A stretch of DNA of 50,567 nt from Actinomycetota bacterium (GCA_036396755.1 DASWKG010000029.1:1-50567), one strand, 5' to 3'; numbered from the stretch's first letter, positions 26,383 through 35,062 are shown. Program-made: numbers and translations. Notes: generated from the letters alone by a model not told the origin.

Positions 26383-26789
26383 ACGAGCGGCGGGACGCCC
26401 GTCGCCGTTCCGCGGGCGATGTGGAACCCCTCGAGGAAGTCGACGTGCTGGATGATGAACGTGCGGGCCTCCTTCACGACGGTGAGCGTCACGCGGCCGT
26501 TCGCCGCGATCTCGAGGCTCGACCGGACGAGCCGCGCGTTCGGGTCGCGCTCGTCGATCGCCTGCTGGGCCGCCGCGATCGCGGCCTCCTTGAGGCGCTG
26601 GTCGCGCCAGGCGGCGGCCGCCTCGCCGGCCGCGGTCGTCGCGATCTCATCGGCCTGCACGCGGGCGAACGCCACCGCTCCGGCCTCCCAGCCCACGACC
26701 GCGACGAGGGCGAGCATGATCACGAGCCGGAAGATGCCGAGTCCCATGATGCCGCGCTCGTCCCGCAGCTCGGCCCGGGCCCGCATCAT
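26379..26789 (-). CDS. Hypothetical 136-aa N-terminally anchored membrane protein
   Basis: ATG 26789 overlaps the murJ TGA (ATGA), and its stop overlaps the degV ATG (ATGA). TM helix GLGIFRLVIMLALVAVVGW, followed by a soluble domain. No family recognised. Confidence 0.55.
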   Translation of the reverse strand: MMRARAELRDERGIMGLGIFRLVIMLALVAVVGWEAGAVAFARVQADEIATTAAGEAAAAWRDQRLKEAAIAAAQQAIDERDPNARLVRSSLEIAANGRVTLTVVKEARTFIIQHVDFLEGFHIARGTATGVPPLV

Positions 26790-28468
26790 CGGCGCAGTCG
26801 TCCCAGCACCGCTCGACGCATGATCGTGAGCTCCTCCATCCGCAGGGTAACCGCCGCCGCCAGGAAAGCCAGTACCCCCGCCAGCACCCCCGCACCGACC
26901 TGGAGGACCTGGCCCCCGAGCGTGGCCGTCGAGACGGCGTCGCCCGAGAGGCGTGCGGCGCCCCAAGCGGCGGCGCCGGTCGCCGCCGCCCCGACCAGGA
27001 CCTTGCCGAGGCCCGCGCCGAGCGCGGCCCACTCGAAGCCCGCGAGTCGGCGCGCCATGACGATCGCGGCGGTCACCGCGGCGAGCGTGTAGGCGATCGC
27101 GTGACCGAGCGCGAGGCCTCGGACCCCCAGCGCCGGGAAGAGCGCGAAGTTGATGGCCGTGTTGACGCCCACCGCGAACACGTTGATGAGGGCCGGCGTG
27201 CGGGTGTCCTGCATCGCGTAGAAGCCGCGCAGGAGCAGCATGAACGCGGTGAACGAGAAGAGGCCGAGCGCGAACGAGACCAGCACGCCGGAGACGAGCT
27301 CGGTCGATCGCGAGGTGGTGACGCCGTGCTCGAGCAGGAGCCGGACGATCGGCGTGGCGAGCACGAGATACCCGGCCGCGGCGGGCACCACGACGAACGC
27401 CGATGCGCGGATGCCCCGGACCAGCACGCCGCGGAACCCCGCGGCCTCGCCCCGCGCCCAGAGCTCGGACAGGGACGGCAGCAGGGCCGTCATGATCGAC
27501 ACGGCGAAGATCGCGTAGGGGAGCTGGAAGAGGATGAACGACGCCTGGTACGCGGTGTAGCCGCCGCGGACGCCGCTCGCGAGCACGATCACCACGAGCA
27601 GCCCGATCTGGTTCACGACGACGTAGCCGACCGTCCAGCCCGAGAGGCGAACGAGCTTGCGCACCGCGGGATGAGCGAGGTCGAGCTTCCATCGGAAGCG
27701 GAACCCGATGCGCCGGAGCGAGGGCCAGAGGGCGGCCGTCATCACCGCCACGCCCGCGGTGGTCCCGATCCCCAGCACGAGCTTCTGGGCGAACGTGATG
27801 GTCCCCGGCCCCGCCACGTCGGGCCCCGGCATGAACGCGAACAGAAGGAGCGAGGCGATCACCACGAGGTTGTTCAGCACCGGCGCGAACATCGGTGCCG
27901 CGAACCGGCGGTGTGCGTTCAGGAGGCCGGTCGCCGCCGCGCCGATCCCGTACAGGGCGATCTGGGGCATGAAGAAGCGCAGGAGCAGCGTGGCGAGGGC
28001 CTCGGCGTCCTCGCGGACCCCCGCCTCGACCCGGAACGTGTAGAGGCGCACGATCCAGGGCGCCGCGAGGATGCCGAGGATCATCACCCCGCCGAGCAGG
28101 AGGAGCGTCAGCGTCATGATCGCGCGCGCCGCGTCGTAGGCCTCCTCCTTCGTGCGCTGCGTGAGCTGCTCGACGAACACCGGAACGAATACCGACGTGA
28201 GCACCCCGCCGAGGACCAGCTCGTAGATGATGTTCGGCGTGTTGTTCGCGACGTTGTACGCGTCGGCGAGGCGGGTCTCCGCGACGCCCAGCGCGAACGC
28301 CATCGCGGCCACCCGCAGGAAGCCGGTGAGCCGCGAGAGGGCGGTGCCCACCGACATGAGCGCCGTGCTGCGGACGAGCGCTCCCTCGGCCGCGCCCGCC
28401 TCGGGCTCCTCGCCCGGCGCCGGGCCCGGGGTCACGACCTCGGTCGCAGGAACCTCCTTCCCCACCAC
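26786..28468 (-). CDS. murJ: Lipid II flippase MurJ (MviN), without a fused kinase-like tail
   Basis: About 14 TM segments. It has SRLTGFLR, NTPNIIYELVLGGVL.SVFVP, and a C-terminal basic end. An alternative GTG at 28435 would overlap the upstream stop as GTGA. Confidence 0.92.
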   Translation of the reverse strand: MVGKEVPATEVVTPGPAPGEEPEAGAAEGALVRSTALMSVGTALSRLTGFLRVAAMAFALGVAETRLADAYNVANNTPNIIYELVLGGVLTSVFVPVFVEQLTQRTKEEAYDAARAIMTLTLLLLGGVMILGILAAPWIVRLYTFRVEAGVREDAEALATLLLRFFMPQIALYGIGAAATGLLNAHRRFAAPMFAPVLNNLVVIASLLLFAFMPGPDVAGPGTITFAQKLVLGIGTTAGVAVMTAALWPSLRRIGFRFRWKLDLAHPAVRKLVRLSGWTVGYVVVNQIGLLVVIVLASGVRGGYTAYQASFILFQLPYAIFAVSIMTALLPSLSELWARGEAAGFRGVLVRGIRASAFVVVPAAAGYLVLATPIVRLLLEHGVTTSRSTELVSGVLVSFALGLFSFTAFMLLLRGFYAMQDTRTPALINVFAVGVNTAINFALFPALGVRGLALGHAIAYTLAAVTAAIVMARRLAGFEWAALGAGLGKVLVGAAATGAAAWGAARLSGDAVSTATLGGQVLQVGAGVLAGVLAFLAAAVTLRMEELTIMRRAVLGRLRR

Positions 28469-30444
28469 AGCGCCAGGAACAGCGCCGCGCCGATCGTCAC
28501 GAACAGGGCCAGCCGGTTGTAGGCGGTCGAGCGCACCACGATGCTGGTGTCCTCGATCAGCCGGCCGCCCGGCGTCGCCACCACGACCCGAACGGGGAAG
28601 CGGCCCGTCGTCTGCGCCCGAACCGGGAACACCACGCTGCGCGACTGCCCATCGAGGGTGACCTCACGGCTCGCGCCCTCGAGGAACTCCAAGCGCGGCG
28701 ACGCCAGGCTGATGCGGACCCGCACGGGGTAGTCGGCGGTGCTTCGCAGCGTCACGGGGATCACGCCGCCGCTCGAGGTGAGGGTCACCGACGTGCGCGA
28801 CGGCACGTCGATCTTGGCGAACTCGCGGCCGAGCCGGCGGCGGACCGCCCGAACGAAGTCGAGCCCGTCGCGTTCCCGGTCGACGAACGAGCGCGACTCC
28901 GCAACCAGGAGCAGCGCTCGCAGGTCGTCGGTGAGCCGCGCCGCGCCGGCCATCGACTCGAACTGGCCGATCGCCGCCCGGGTGGTGAGGATCTCGGTGG
29001 CGTAGCGCGAGGAGAAACGCCCCCCGTCGTTGTCGCGGAGACGCCGGGGCGCCTCCGGGTCGGGCGGCACCGCCGCGACGAGCTGCGACACGTCGCGGGG
29101 GCGCATCCACGCGGCCTCGGCGGGGGGAGCCGCGAGCGCCTCCAGGACCGGCCGCAGCAGCTCGGCGGGGGCCGCTGTGTCCTCCCCGAACAGGAGCGCC
29201 ACCCCGCGGACCTCACTGGGGTGCTCGAAGTAGATCGCCGCCAGCTCGCCGATCGCTCGCGCCGCCTGCAGGCGCGCGTCGCCCTCGCCCGACGCGAGGT
29301 AGGCGCCCACGCCGGCGTCGGGCACCACCGCCGTCATCGCGCCCCCGGCCAGCACGGTGGGCGGCGCGCTGAACTCCAGCCCCTCGGGGGCCGGCAGCAT
29401 CTCGCCGTCGGGGAGCAGGATGCTCGCGCCGAGGCCAAGGATGGCGGGGAGCGTCTCCTGGGTCAGCAGCGAGCCGGGTGGTCGGAACGGGGCCTCGGCG
29501 GGGGCGACCCCGAGGATCTCCTCCACCGTGGCGAGCCCGCGGGCGACCTGACGGTCGAGGTCCTCCCCGAGGCCCGCGCCGAGAAGGGCCGGGACAGACG
29601 GGCCCGCGAAGGGGAGCGCCACCACCTGGATGATCGGCCGGCGGGCCACCTCGCGAAGCCGGGCGAGCGTGGTGGCGGCGCGCTCCGCCTCCGCGTCGGA
29701 GGCGGCGACCTGCCGTCCGTCCCCGAGCGCCGCGGCCCGGTACCCGTCGGCCATGTCCACGAGGGTCCGAAGGAACAGCGGCGAGACGACGAGCGTGGCC
29801 GACGCCGGGTAGTCCTCGAGGGCCCGGAGGAGCTCGTCGATCCTGCCCCCCTGGGCCATCGAGGCCTGCAGCGCGGCCGCGTCGATGGTCCCGTCGGCAC
29901 GGATGCTGAGCGGTGGTTCGAGGACGAACGTGAGGGAGACGTTCAGCGGGATCAGCGGACGCTCCTGGATGAAGACCAGCGCCGTGCGGAGGACGCCGAC
30001 CGGCACGCCGTCGGATTCGAGCTGCACCTTCACCGGGTGGAGCGCGTTCTCGGCGAGGTCGGTCAGCGCGTGCAGCTCGCGGCGGATCGTGATCGTTCGC
30101 GCGTCGCCCGGCCCGAGCGCGCCCGGGACCTCCTGCGGCACCACCAGGACCGGGGCGGTGGGCGGCTCCTGCTCGAGGCCCTGCTCGTACGCGGAGCGCG
30201 AGCGGGCGGGGTGGTAGACCCACAAGGAGACGGTCAGGCCATCGAGCGGCTGCGTCCCCATGTTCGTCGCTCGCACCCCGATCCGGAACTGACCGCCGGG
30301 CGTGAGCGTCGTGGTCTGGGCGGTGAGGACGAGCCCGACGGGGTCGTCCTGGGCGGTCGCCGGAGCTGCCATCACGAGGAGCGGGAGCGTCGCGGCCAGC
30401 GTGAGCAGGGCCCGGGGGGCGCGGTCGGGGGTCACCGCGGCCAT
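28432..30444 (-). CDS. Large secreted protein, C-terminally TM-anchored, of unknown function (Rv3909/DUF6049-like, murJ-linked)
   Basis: Signal peptide LLTLAATLPLLVMAAPATAQ and a C-terminal helix LALFVTIGAALFLALWWGRRF. It sits in the conserved position immediately upstream of murJ. Confidence 0.75.
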   Translation of the reverse strand: MAAVTPDRAPRALLTLAATLPLLVMAAPATAQDDPVGLVLTAQTTTLTPGGQFRIGVRATNMGTQPLDGLTVSLWVYHPARSRSAYEQGLEQEPPTAPVLVVPQEVPGALGPGDARTITIRRELHALTDLAENALHPVKVQLESDGVPVGVLRTALVFIQERPLIPLNVSLTFVLEPPLSIRADGTIDAAALQASMAQGGRIDELLRALEDYPASATLVVSPLFLRTLVDMADGYRAAALGDGRQVAASDAEAERAATTLARLREVARRPIIQVVALPFAGPSVPALLGAGLGEDLDRQVARGLATVEEILGVAPAEAPFRPPGSLLTQETLPAILGLGASILLPDGEMLPAPEGLEFSAPPTVLAGGAMTAVVPDAGVGAYLASGEGDARLQAARAIGELAAIYFEHPSEVRGVALLFGEDTAAPAELLRPVLEALAAPPAEAAWMRPRDVSQLVAAVPPDPEAPRRLRDNDGGRFSSRYATEILTTRAAIGQFESMAGAARLTDDLRALLLVAESRSFVDRERDGLDFVRAVRRRLGREFAKIDVPSRTSVTLTSSGGVIPVTLRSTADYPVRVRISLASPRLEFLEGASREVTLDGQSRSVVFPVRAQTTGRFPVRVVVATPGGRLIEDTSIVVRSTAYNRLALFVTIGAALFLALWWGRRFLRPRS

Positions 30445-30445
30445 T

Positions 30446-30886
30446 CTAGTTTGGTTCGTCCGGTACCCCCGCCGCCCGGGCCGCCCGCCCGAGCACCTCG
30501 CGCTCGGTCTCGTAGGCGGCGAGCCGGCGCGCCTCCTGGAGCGGGAACCACGCGATCTCCTCCATCTCGTGGTCGCGCTCCCCCTCGTCCCTCACCGCCC
30601 CCATGAGGAAGAAGTGGACCACCTTGTGGACGCGCGTCCCCTCCCAGACGAACCAGTAGTCGATGGAGCCGAGCGGCTCCCGCACCTCGGCGCGCCACCC
30701 GGTCTCCTCGCGCACCTCCCGCACGGCCGCCTCCTCGGGCGTCTCCCCCGGCTCCACGAGCCCCTTCGGCAGCCCCCAGACGAGGTCGCCGGAGCGGACG
30801 CGGCGGGAGGCGAGGAGCACCTCGACGCCGGGCTTGCCGTCGCGGGCCACGACGCCGCCGGCGGAGACCTGGCGCTCGGTCCTCAC
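30446..30886 (-). CDS. NUDIX hydrolase (MutT4-like position)
   Basis: Nudix box GLPKGLVEPGETPEEAAVREVREETG. The GTG start overlaps the upstream TGA. Confidence 0.9.
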   Translation of the reverse strand: MRTERQVSAGGVVARDGKPGVEVLLASRRVRSGDLVWGLPKGLVEPGETPEEAAVREVREETGWRAEVREPLGSIDYWFVWEGTRVHKVVHFFLMGAVRDEGERDHEMEEIAWFPLQEARRLAAYETEREVLGRAARAAGVPDEPN

Positions 30887-31347
30887 GCCACGATTCCGGC
30901 GGTGCGGGCCTCCGCCGCCTCGAGCAGGTCATGCGGGCGGATCTTCAGCACGGAGGTCGGCTCCCCGCCCGGGAAGTACAGGACGTCCTGGCCGGCGAGC
31001 GCGGTGTCCATGACCACCAGGGTCCCTTCGGGGAGCGCCACCGGGGGCATCGCCTCGGTGAGGAACTGGGTGAGCTCGGTGGCGCGCTCGGCGCTCGCCT
31101 CCTCGAGGGGCTCGCGATCCGCCGCCGCGGCCAGCAGCGCGGCATCGGGGGAGCGGTCGGCGGGCACCACGGCCGCCACGAGGCCGCCCGGTCCCTCGTG
31201 GATCACGACGCGACCGACCTGCGCGGCCTCGAGCCCGAGGACGCCCGCGATCTGGTCGGGGGAGCGGACGCGCCGGCGGGTCGAGACCATCTCGTGGGGG
31301 ATGTCGCGCTCGACGAGGAAGTTGTGGACGTCGACGGTGGTGCGCAC
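30883..31347 (-). CDS. YbaK/EbsC-type aminoacyl-tRNA editing (deacylase) domain protein
   Basis: About 154 aa with the pattern V..FL....I.HE.......V.S....A..LG......V..V....P.G....VVP.D...D...L. GTG 31347 shares one base with the cca TAG. Family call is by pattern only. Confidence 0.55.
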   Translation of the reverse strand: MRTTVDVHNFLVERDIPHEMVSTRRRVRSPDQIAGVLGLEAAQVGRVVIHEGPGGLVAAVVPADRSPDAALLAAAADREPLEEASAERATELTQFLTEAMPPVALPEGTLVVMDTALAGQDVLYFPGGEPTSVLKIRPHDLLEAAEARTAGIVA

Positions 31348-32744
31348 TAGCCGTCTCCTCGTTCGGCCCACCACTCGTCGAGGAGCCGGAGCGCCTCTTC
31401 CTCGTCGATGGGGCCACGCTCGAGCCGGAGCTCGAGGAGGTGCTCCAGAGCCTGCCCGACCTCGGGCCCGGGACCGATGCCGAGGTGCTCCATGACCTTC
31501 GTCCCATCGAGGGGCGGGCGGATGCGCGAGAGGTTCTCCTCTTCCGCGAGGCGGGCGATGCGCTCCTCGAGCTCGTCCTGCAGCCCGGTGAGCTTCTTCG
31601 CCTTCGCGACGTTCTGTGTGGTGCAGTCGGCTCTCGTGAGCTGGTTCAGGGCGTCGAGCAGCTCGCCCGCGTCGCGCACGTAGCGCCGCAGCGCCCCGTC
31701 GCTCCAGCCCAGCCGGTAGGTGTGGAATCGGAGGTGCATCTCGACGAGCTTCGACACGTCTCGCACGATGCGCTCGGGGAAGCGGAGCGCGCGGAGCCGC
31801 TCCTCGGCCATCCGCGCCCCCTCGACGTCGTGGTGGTGGAACTGCACGCCCTCCGGCGTGATCTCGCGCGTCTTCGGCTTCCCGATGTCGTGCATGAGCG
31901 CGGCCAGCCGAAGGACCACCCTGGGCTCGCAGCGCTCGACGACCGCGAGGGTGTGCGCGAGCACGTCCTTGTGGCGGTGCACCGGGTCCTGCTCGAGCTT
32001 CAGCGCGGGCAGCTCGGGGAGGAAGAGGTCGGCGACGCCCGTCTCGACCGCGAGCGTGAGCCCGGCGCCCGCGTGCTGGCCGACGAGCAGCTTCGAGAGC
32101 TCGTCGCGGATGCGCTCGGCCGAGACGATCGAGAGGCGGTCGCGCAGGCGGGTGATCGCCTCGACGAGCTCGCGCTCGGGAGCGACGCCCAGCGTCGCGA
32201 CGAATCGGGCGGCCCGCAGCATGCGCAGGGGGTCGTCGGTGAACGAGATCTCGGGGTCGAGCGGGGTCCGCAGGCGCTTGTCGGCGAGGTCCTTCAGGCC
32301 CCGGAACGGGTCCACGAAGCGGCGCTCGGGCAGGCTGACCGCCATCGCGTTGATCGTGAAGTCGCGGCGCGAGAGGTCGGTCTCGATGTCGTCGGCGTAG
32401 GTCACGTTCGGATGGCGGGAGTCGGCGTCGGGGTAGATCTCCTTGCGGAAGGTGGTGATCTCGACCGTGACGTCCTCGCGCCGCGCCCCGACCGTGCCGA
32501 ACCGTGCGCCCACCAGGTAGCGGTACTGGGCCCAGCCGCGGATCAGCTTGATGATCTCCTCGGGCCGGGCGTCGGTCGTCAGGTCGAAGTCGGCGTGGGG
32601 GGTCGTGAGGATCGCGTCGCGCACCGAGCCGCCGACGAGATACAGCTCGTGTCCGCCCGCCTCGAACCGTCGGCCGAGCTCCTCGATCTCGTGGGGGAGC
32701 TCGCCCATGAGCGCGGCGGCGTCGCCGGGGGTCTGGGACACCAC
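31347..32744 (-). CDS. cca: CCA-adding tRNA nucleotidyltransferase with an HD domain
   Basis: GGSVRD..DFDLTT nucleotidyltransferase motifs, RRDFTINA, and HD motif HDIGKP. Confidence 0.92.
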   Translation of the reverse strand: MVSQTPGDAAALMGELPHEIEELGRRFEAGGHELYLVGGSVRDAILTTPHADFDLTTDARPEEIIKLIRGWAQYRYLVGARFGTVGARREDVTVEITTFRKEIYPDADSRHPNVTYADDIETDLSRRDFTINAMAVSLPERRFVDPFRGLKDLADKRLRTPLDPEISFTDDPLRMLRAARFVATLGVAPERELVEAITRLRDRLSIVSAERIRDELSKLLVGQHAGAGLTLAVETGVADLFLPELPALKLEQDPVHRHKDVLAHTLAVVERCEPRVVLRLAALMHDIGKPKTREITPEGVQFHHHDVEGARMAEERLRALRFPERIVRDVSKLVEMHLRFHTYRLGWSDGALRRYVRDAGELLDALNQLTRADCTTQNVAKAKKLTGLQDELEERIARLAEEENLSRIRPPLDGTKVMEHLGIGPGPEVGQALEHLLELRLERGPIDEEEALRLLDEWWAERGDG

Positions 32745-32776
32745 GGAAGGATACCCTAGGCCTCGGGAGCCTCCTG

Positions 32777-33175
32777 ATGAGCGTGCCGCGTCGTCGCCGC
32801 GCCGCCTGGCGCTACGTTTGGGCCCTGCCGAACACGGTCCTGGGCCTTGGGCTCGGTGCGCTGTCGTTCCAGCGGCCCCGGCTCGACGACGGCGTCGTCG
32901 TCTTCGACCGGGCGGTCCGGGGCTTCCTGTGGGTGTTCTCGAAGAGCAAGTGGAAGGCGATCACCTACGGCCACGTGATCCTTTCGGCGAGGCCCCTCGA
33001 GAGCCGGCTCCGTGCGCACGAACGTGCCCACGTGCGTCAGTACGAGATCCTGGGCCCGTTGTTCCTTCCGGTGTACCTGGTGATCTTCGCGGTGCGAGGG
33101 TACCGCAGGCACCCGATGGAGCTCGCGGCGTCGCGGGCGGCTACACCAGCTGGGCCATCTGGAGGGCCAGCTTGA
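32777..33175 (+). CDS. Hypothetical small membrane-associated protein with an HExxH motif
   Basis: HERAH within RAHERAHVRQYEILGPLFLPVYLVIF, plus an N-terminal hydrophobic segment WALPNTVLGLGLGAL. The 3' end overlaps the pilT 3' end by 35 nt. Confidence 0.5.
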   Translation: MSVPRRRRAAWRYVWALPNTVLGLGLGALSFQRPRLDDGVVVFDRAVRGFLWVFSKSKWKAITYGHVILSARPLESRLRAHERAHVRQYEILGPLFLPVYLVIFAVRGYRRHPMELAASRAATPAGPSGGPA

Positions 33176-34211
33176 GGTCGTGCGGGTTGGTCGCGATGTC
33201 GATGGCGGCGTCGATCGTGATGAGGTCGTCGCTCACGAGCCGGACGAGCGCCTGGTCGAAGGTCTGCATCCCGTAGTACTCGCCCTCGGCGATCAGCTCG
33301 GGGATCGAGTGGGTCTGGTCTGGATCGGCGATGCGCTCGGCGACGCGCCCGGTGTTGATCAGCACCTCGACGGCGGGCACGCGCCCGGTGCCGTCGGACC
33401 GCGGCACCAGCCGCTGGGAGAGGACGCCCTTCAGCGTGGCCGCCAGCGAGATGCGGGCCTGCGTGTGCATCTCGACGGGGAACAGGTCGATGATGCGGTT
33501 CACGGTCTCGGTGGCGTCGAGCGTGTGGAGGGTCGAGATGACCAGATGCCCGGTCTCGGCCGCTTGGATCGCGCCCTCGGCCGTCTCGCGGTCGCGGATC
33601 TCCCCGATGAAGATGACGTCGGGATCCTGTCGCACCGCGGACCGGAGCGCGGCGGAGTAGGACTCGGTGTCGGTTCCGACCTCTCGCTGCTCGACGATCG
33701 AGGTCATGTCCTCGTGGATCACCTCGATCGGATCCTCGATCGTGATGATGTGGGCGGGGCGGTTCTCGTTCATCCAGCCGATCATGGCGGCGATCGTGGT
33801 CGTCTTGCCCGTGCCGGCCGGGCCCGTCACCAGGACCAGCCCGCGTCGCTCGCGCGCCAGCCCCAGGGCGCCGGGGGGAAGGTGCAGGGCCTCGAAGTCG
33901 AAGATGTTCGAGCGCACCCGGCGGATCGCCAGGCTCACGCTTCCTCGCTGACGGTAGACGCTCACGCGGAACCGTCCCAGGTCCTTCATGTTGAAGGCGG
34001 CCTCGGCCTCGTGGCCGTCCTGGAACTCGATCGCCTTGGCCTCGGAGAGCAGCTCCATCGCGAGAGACTCGGTGTCGTCGGGTGGCAGCGGGGCGAACGA
34101 GGTGCGGTGAAGGAGGCCGTCGACGCGGACCACGGGCGGCTCCCCGGCCTTGAGGTGGAGGTCGCTGCCCCCGGCCTCGACCATGTAGCGCAGGTATTCG
34201 GCGAGTCTCAT
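33141..34211 (-). CDS. pilT: PilT-family type IV pilus retraction ATPase (orphan in this window)
   Basis: ATG 34211 with SD AAGGATGGGGAG. Walker A GPAGTGKTTT, Walker B DVIFIGEIRD, Asp box, and His box GHLVISTLHT. Confidence 0.9.
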   Translation of the reverse strand: MRLAEYLRYMVEAGGSDLHLKAGEPPVVRVDGLLHRTSFAPLPPDDTESLAMELLSEAKAIEFQDGHEAEAAFNMKDLGRFRVSVYRQRGSVSLAIRRVRSNIFDFEALHLPPGALGLARERRGLVLVTGPAGTGKTTTIAAMIGWMNENRPAHIITIEDPIEVIHEDMTSIVEQREVGTDTESYSAALRSAVRQDPDVIFIGEIRDRETAEGAIQAAETGHLVISTLHTLDATETVNRIIDLFPVEMHTQARISLAATLKGVLSQRLVPRSDGTGRVPAVEVLINTGRVAERIADPDQTHSIPELIAEGEYYGMQTFDQALVRLVSDDLITIDAAIDIATNPHDLKLALQMAQLV

Positions 34212-34315
34212 CTCCCCATCCTTTCGGCCACTTGGGGGAACGACTTGAGTGGAGGATGCTTGATTCGTCGCGGGGCGGGGTATGAGGCGGAGTGGCACCA
34301 AACGAAGGAGGCCAG

Positions 34316-34501
34316 ATGGCGAGCAGGATGTCGAGGGCGGAGGCGGGCCGCAAGGGCGGCCTGAGCACGAAGAAGAAGTACGGCCCCGGGTTCTACCAGG
34401 AGATCGGCCGCATCGGGGGCAAGAAGGGCGGTCGCACGACCAAGCAGCGCTACGGGGTCGAGTTCTACCAGAAGATCGGTCGTAAGGGCGGCTCCAAGTA
34501 G
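34316..34501 (+). CDS. KGG-repeat general stress protein
   Basis: Strong SD GAAGGAGG 5 nt before the ATG. Three repeats GRKGGLST.., IGGKKGGRTT.., IGRKGGSK. Confidence 0.8.
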   Translation: MASRMSRAEAGRKGGLSTKKKYGPGFYQEIGRIGGKKGGRTTKQRYGVEFYQKIGRKGGSK

Positions 34502-34545
34502 CCCCAGCCCCCACGCCGGGGCGGGGAAGGGCCTCGGACGGCGAA

Positions 34546-34573
34546 GAACCGGGCCGGATCTCCGGCCCGGTTC
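34546..34573. terminator. Bidirectional hairpin terminator between the KGG gene and sodN
   Basis: GAACCGGGCCGGA-TC-TCCGGCCCGGTTC followed by TCCTTTGGGG. Confidence 0.65.
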
Positions 34574-34589
34574 TCCTTTGGGGCTGCGT

Positions 34590-34979
34590 TCAGGACTTCT
34601 TCGTGTCCCAGAAGATCTTGTCGATCTGATTGATGAGGTCGAGCAGCTGCTGGCCCTGGTCGGGTGAGACCGACTTCTTGGCCTCGCCGGCTGCCTTCGT
34701 CGCGTTCCAGAACAGCTCGTGGAGCTCCGGGTACTTCGCGAGGTGCTCGGGCTTGAAGTAGTCGGTCCAGAGCACCCACAGGTGGTGCTTCACGAGGTCG
34801 GCGCGCTCCTCCTTGATGGCGATCGCGCGCGTCCGGAACTCCTCGTCGGTCGAGCCCTGGTACTTCTCCTGGATGGCCTTCACCGACTCGGCCTCGATGC
34901 GCGCCTGGGCGGGGTCGTAGACGCCGCAGGGCAGGTCGCAGTGCGCATGGACCACCCGGGTTGGCTTGAGGAACCGCAT
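34590..34979 (-). CDS. sodN: Nickel-containing superoxide dismutase precursor
   Basis: Propeptide MRFLKPTRVVHA followed by the nickel-hook HCDLPCGVYDPAQARIEAESV. SD GAAGGGAGA. Confidence 0.95.
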   Translation of the reverse strand: MRFLKPTRVVHAHCDLPCGVYDPAQARIEAESVKAIQEKYQGSTDEEFRTRAIAIKEERADLVKHHLWVLWTDYFKPEHLAKYPELHELFWNATKAAGEAKKSVSPDQGQQLLDLINQIDKIFWDTKKS

Positions 34980-35050
34980 GGGGTGTCTCCCTTCTCTCGT
35001 CCGTCGTCCCGTCGAACCTACCGCAGCCCGCGCCCGGCGACCACCCCGCG

Positions 35051-35056
35051 TAGCCT
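35051..35056 (+). promoter_or_regulatory. Candidate -10 hexamer TAGCCT, 6 nt before the sodX GTG (leaderless candidate)
   Basis: Matches the TANNNT pattern, with no SD before GTG 35063. Confidence 0.35.
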
Positions 35057-35062
35057 TGGCGC

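Noticed and set aside
33141-34514. 457-aa version of the PilT ORF, and the idea that a type IV pilus system is present
   Set aside because: The upstream 101 codons are Arg/Ser/Pro junk, and the ATG at 34211 has an SD and starts the conserved PilT N-domain. No other pilus genes are in the window, so only an orphan ATPase can be claimed.
34980-35062. Nur/Fur-type nickel-responsive operator in the sodN-sodX spacer
   Set aside because: I could not identify a convincing inverted repeat resembling known Nur boxes by eye, so no claim is made.
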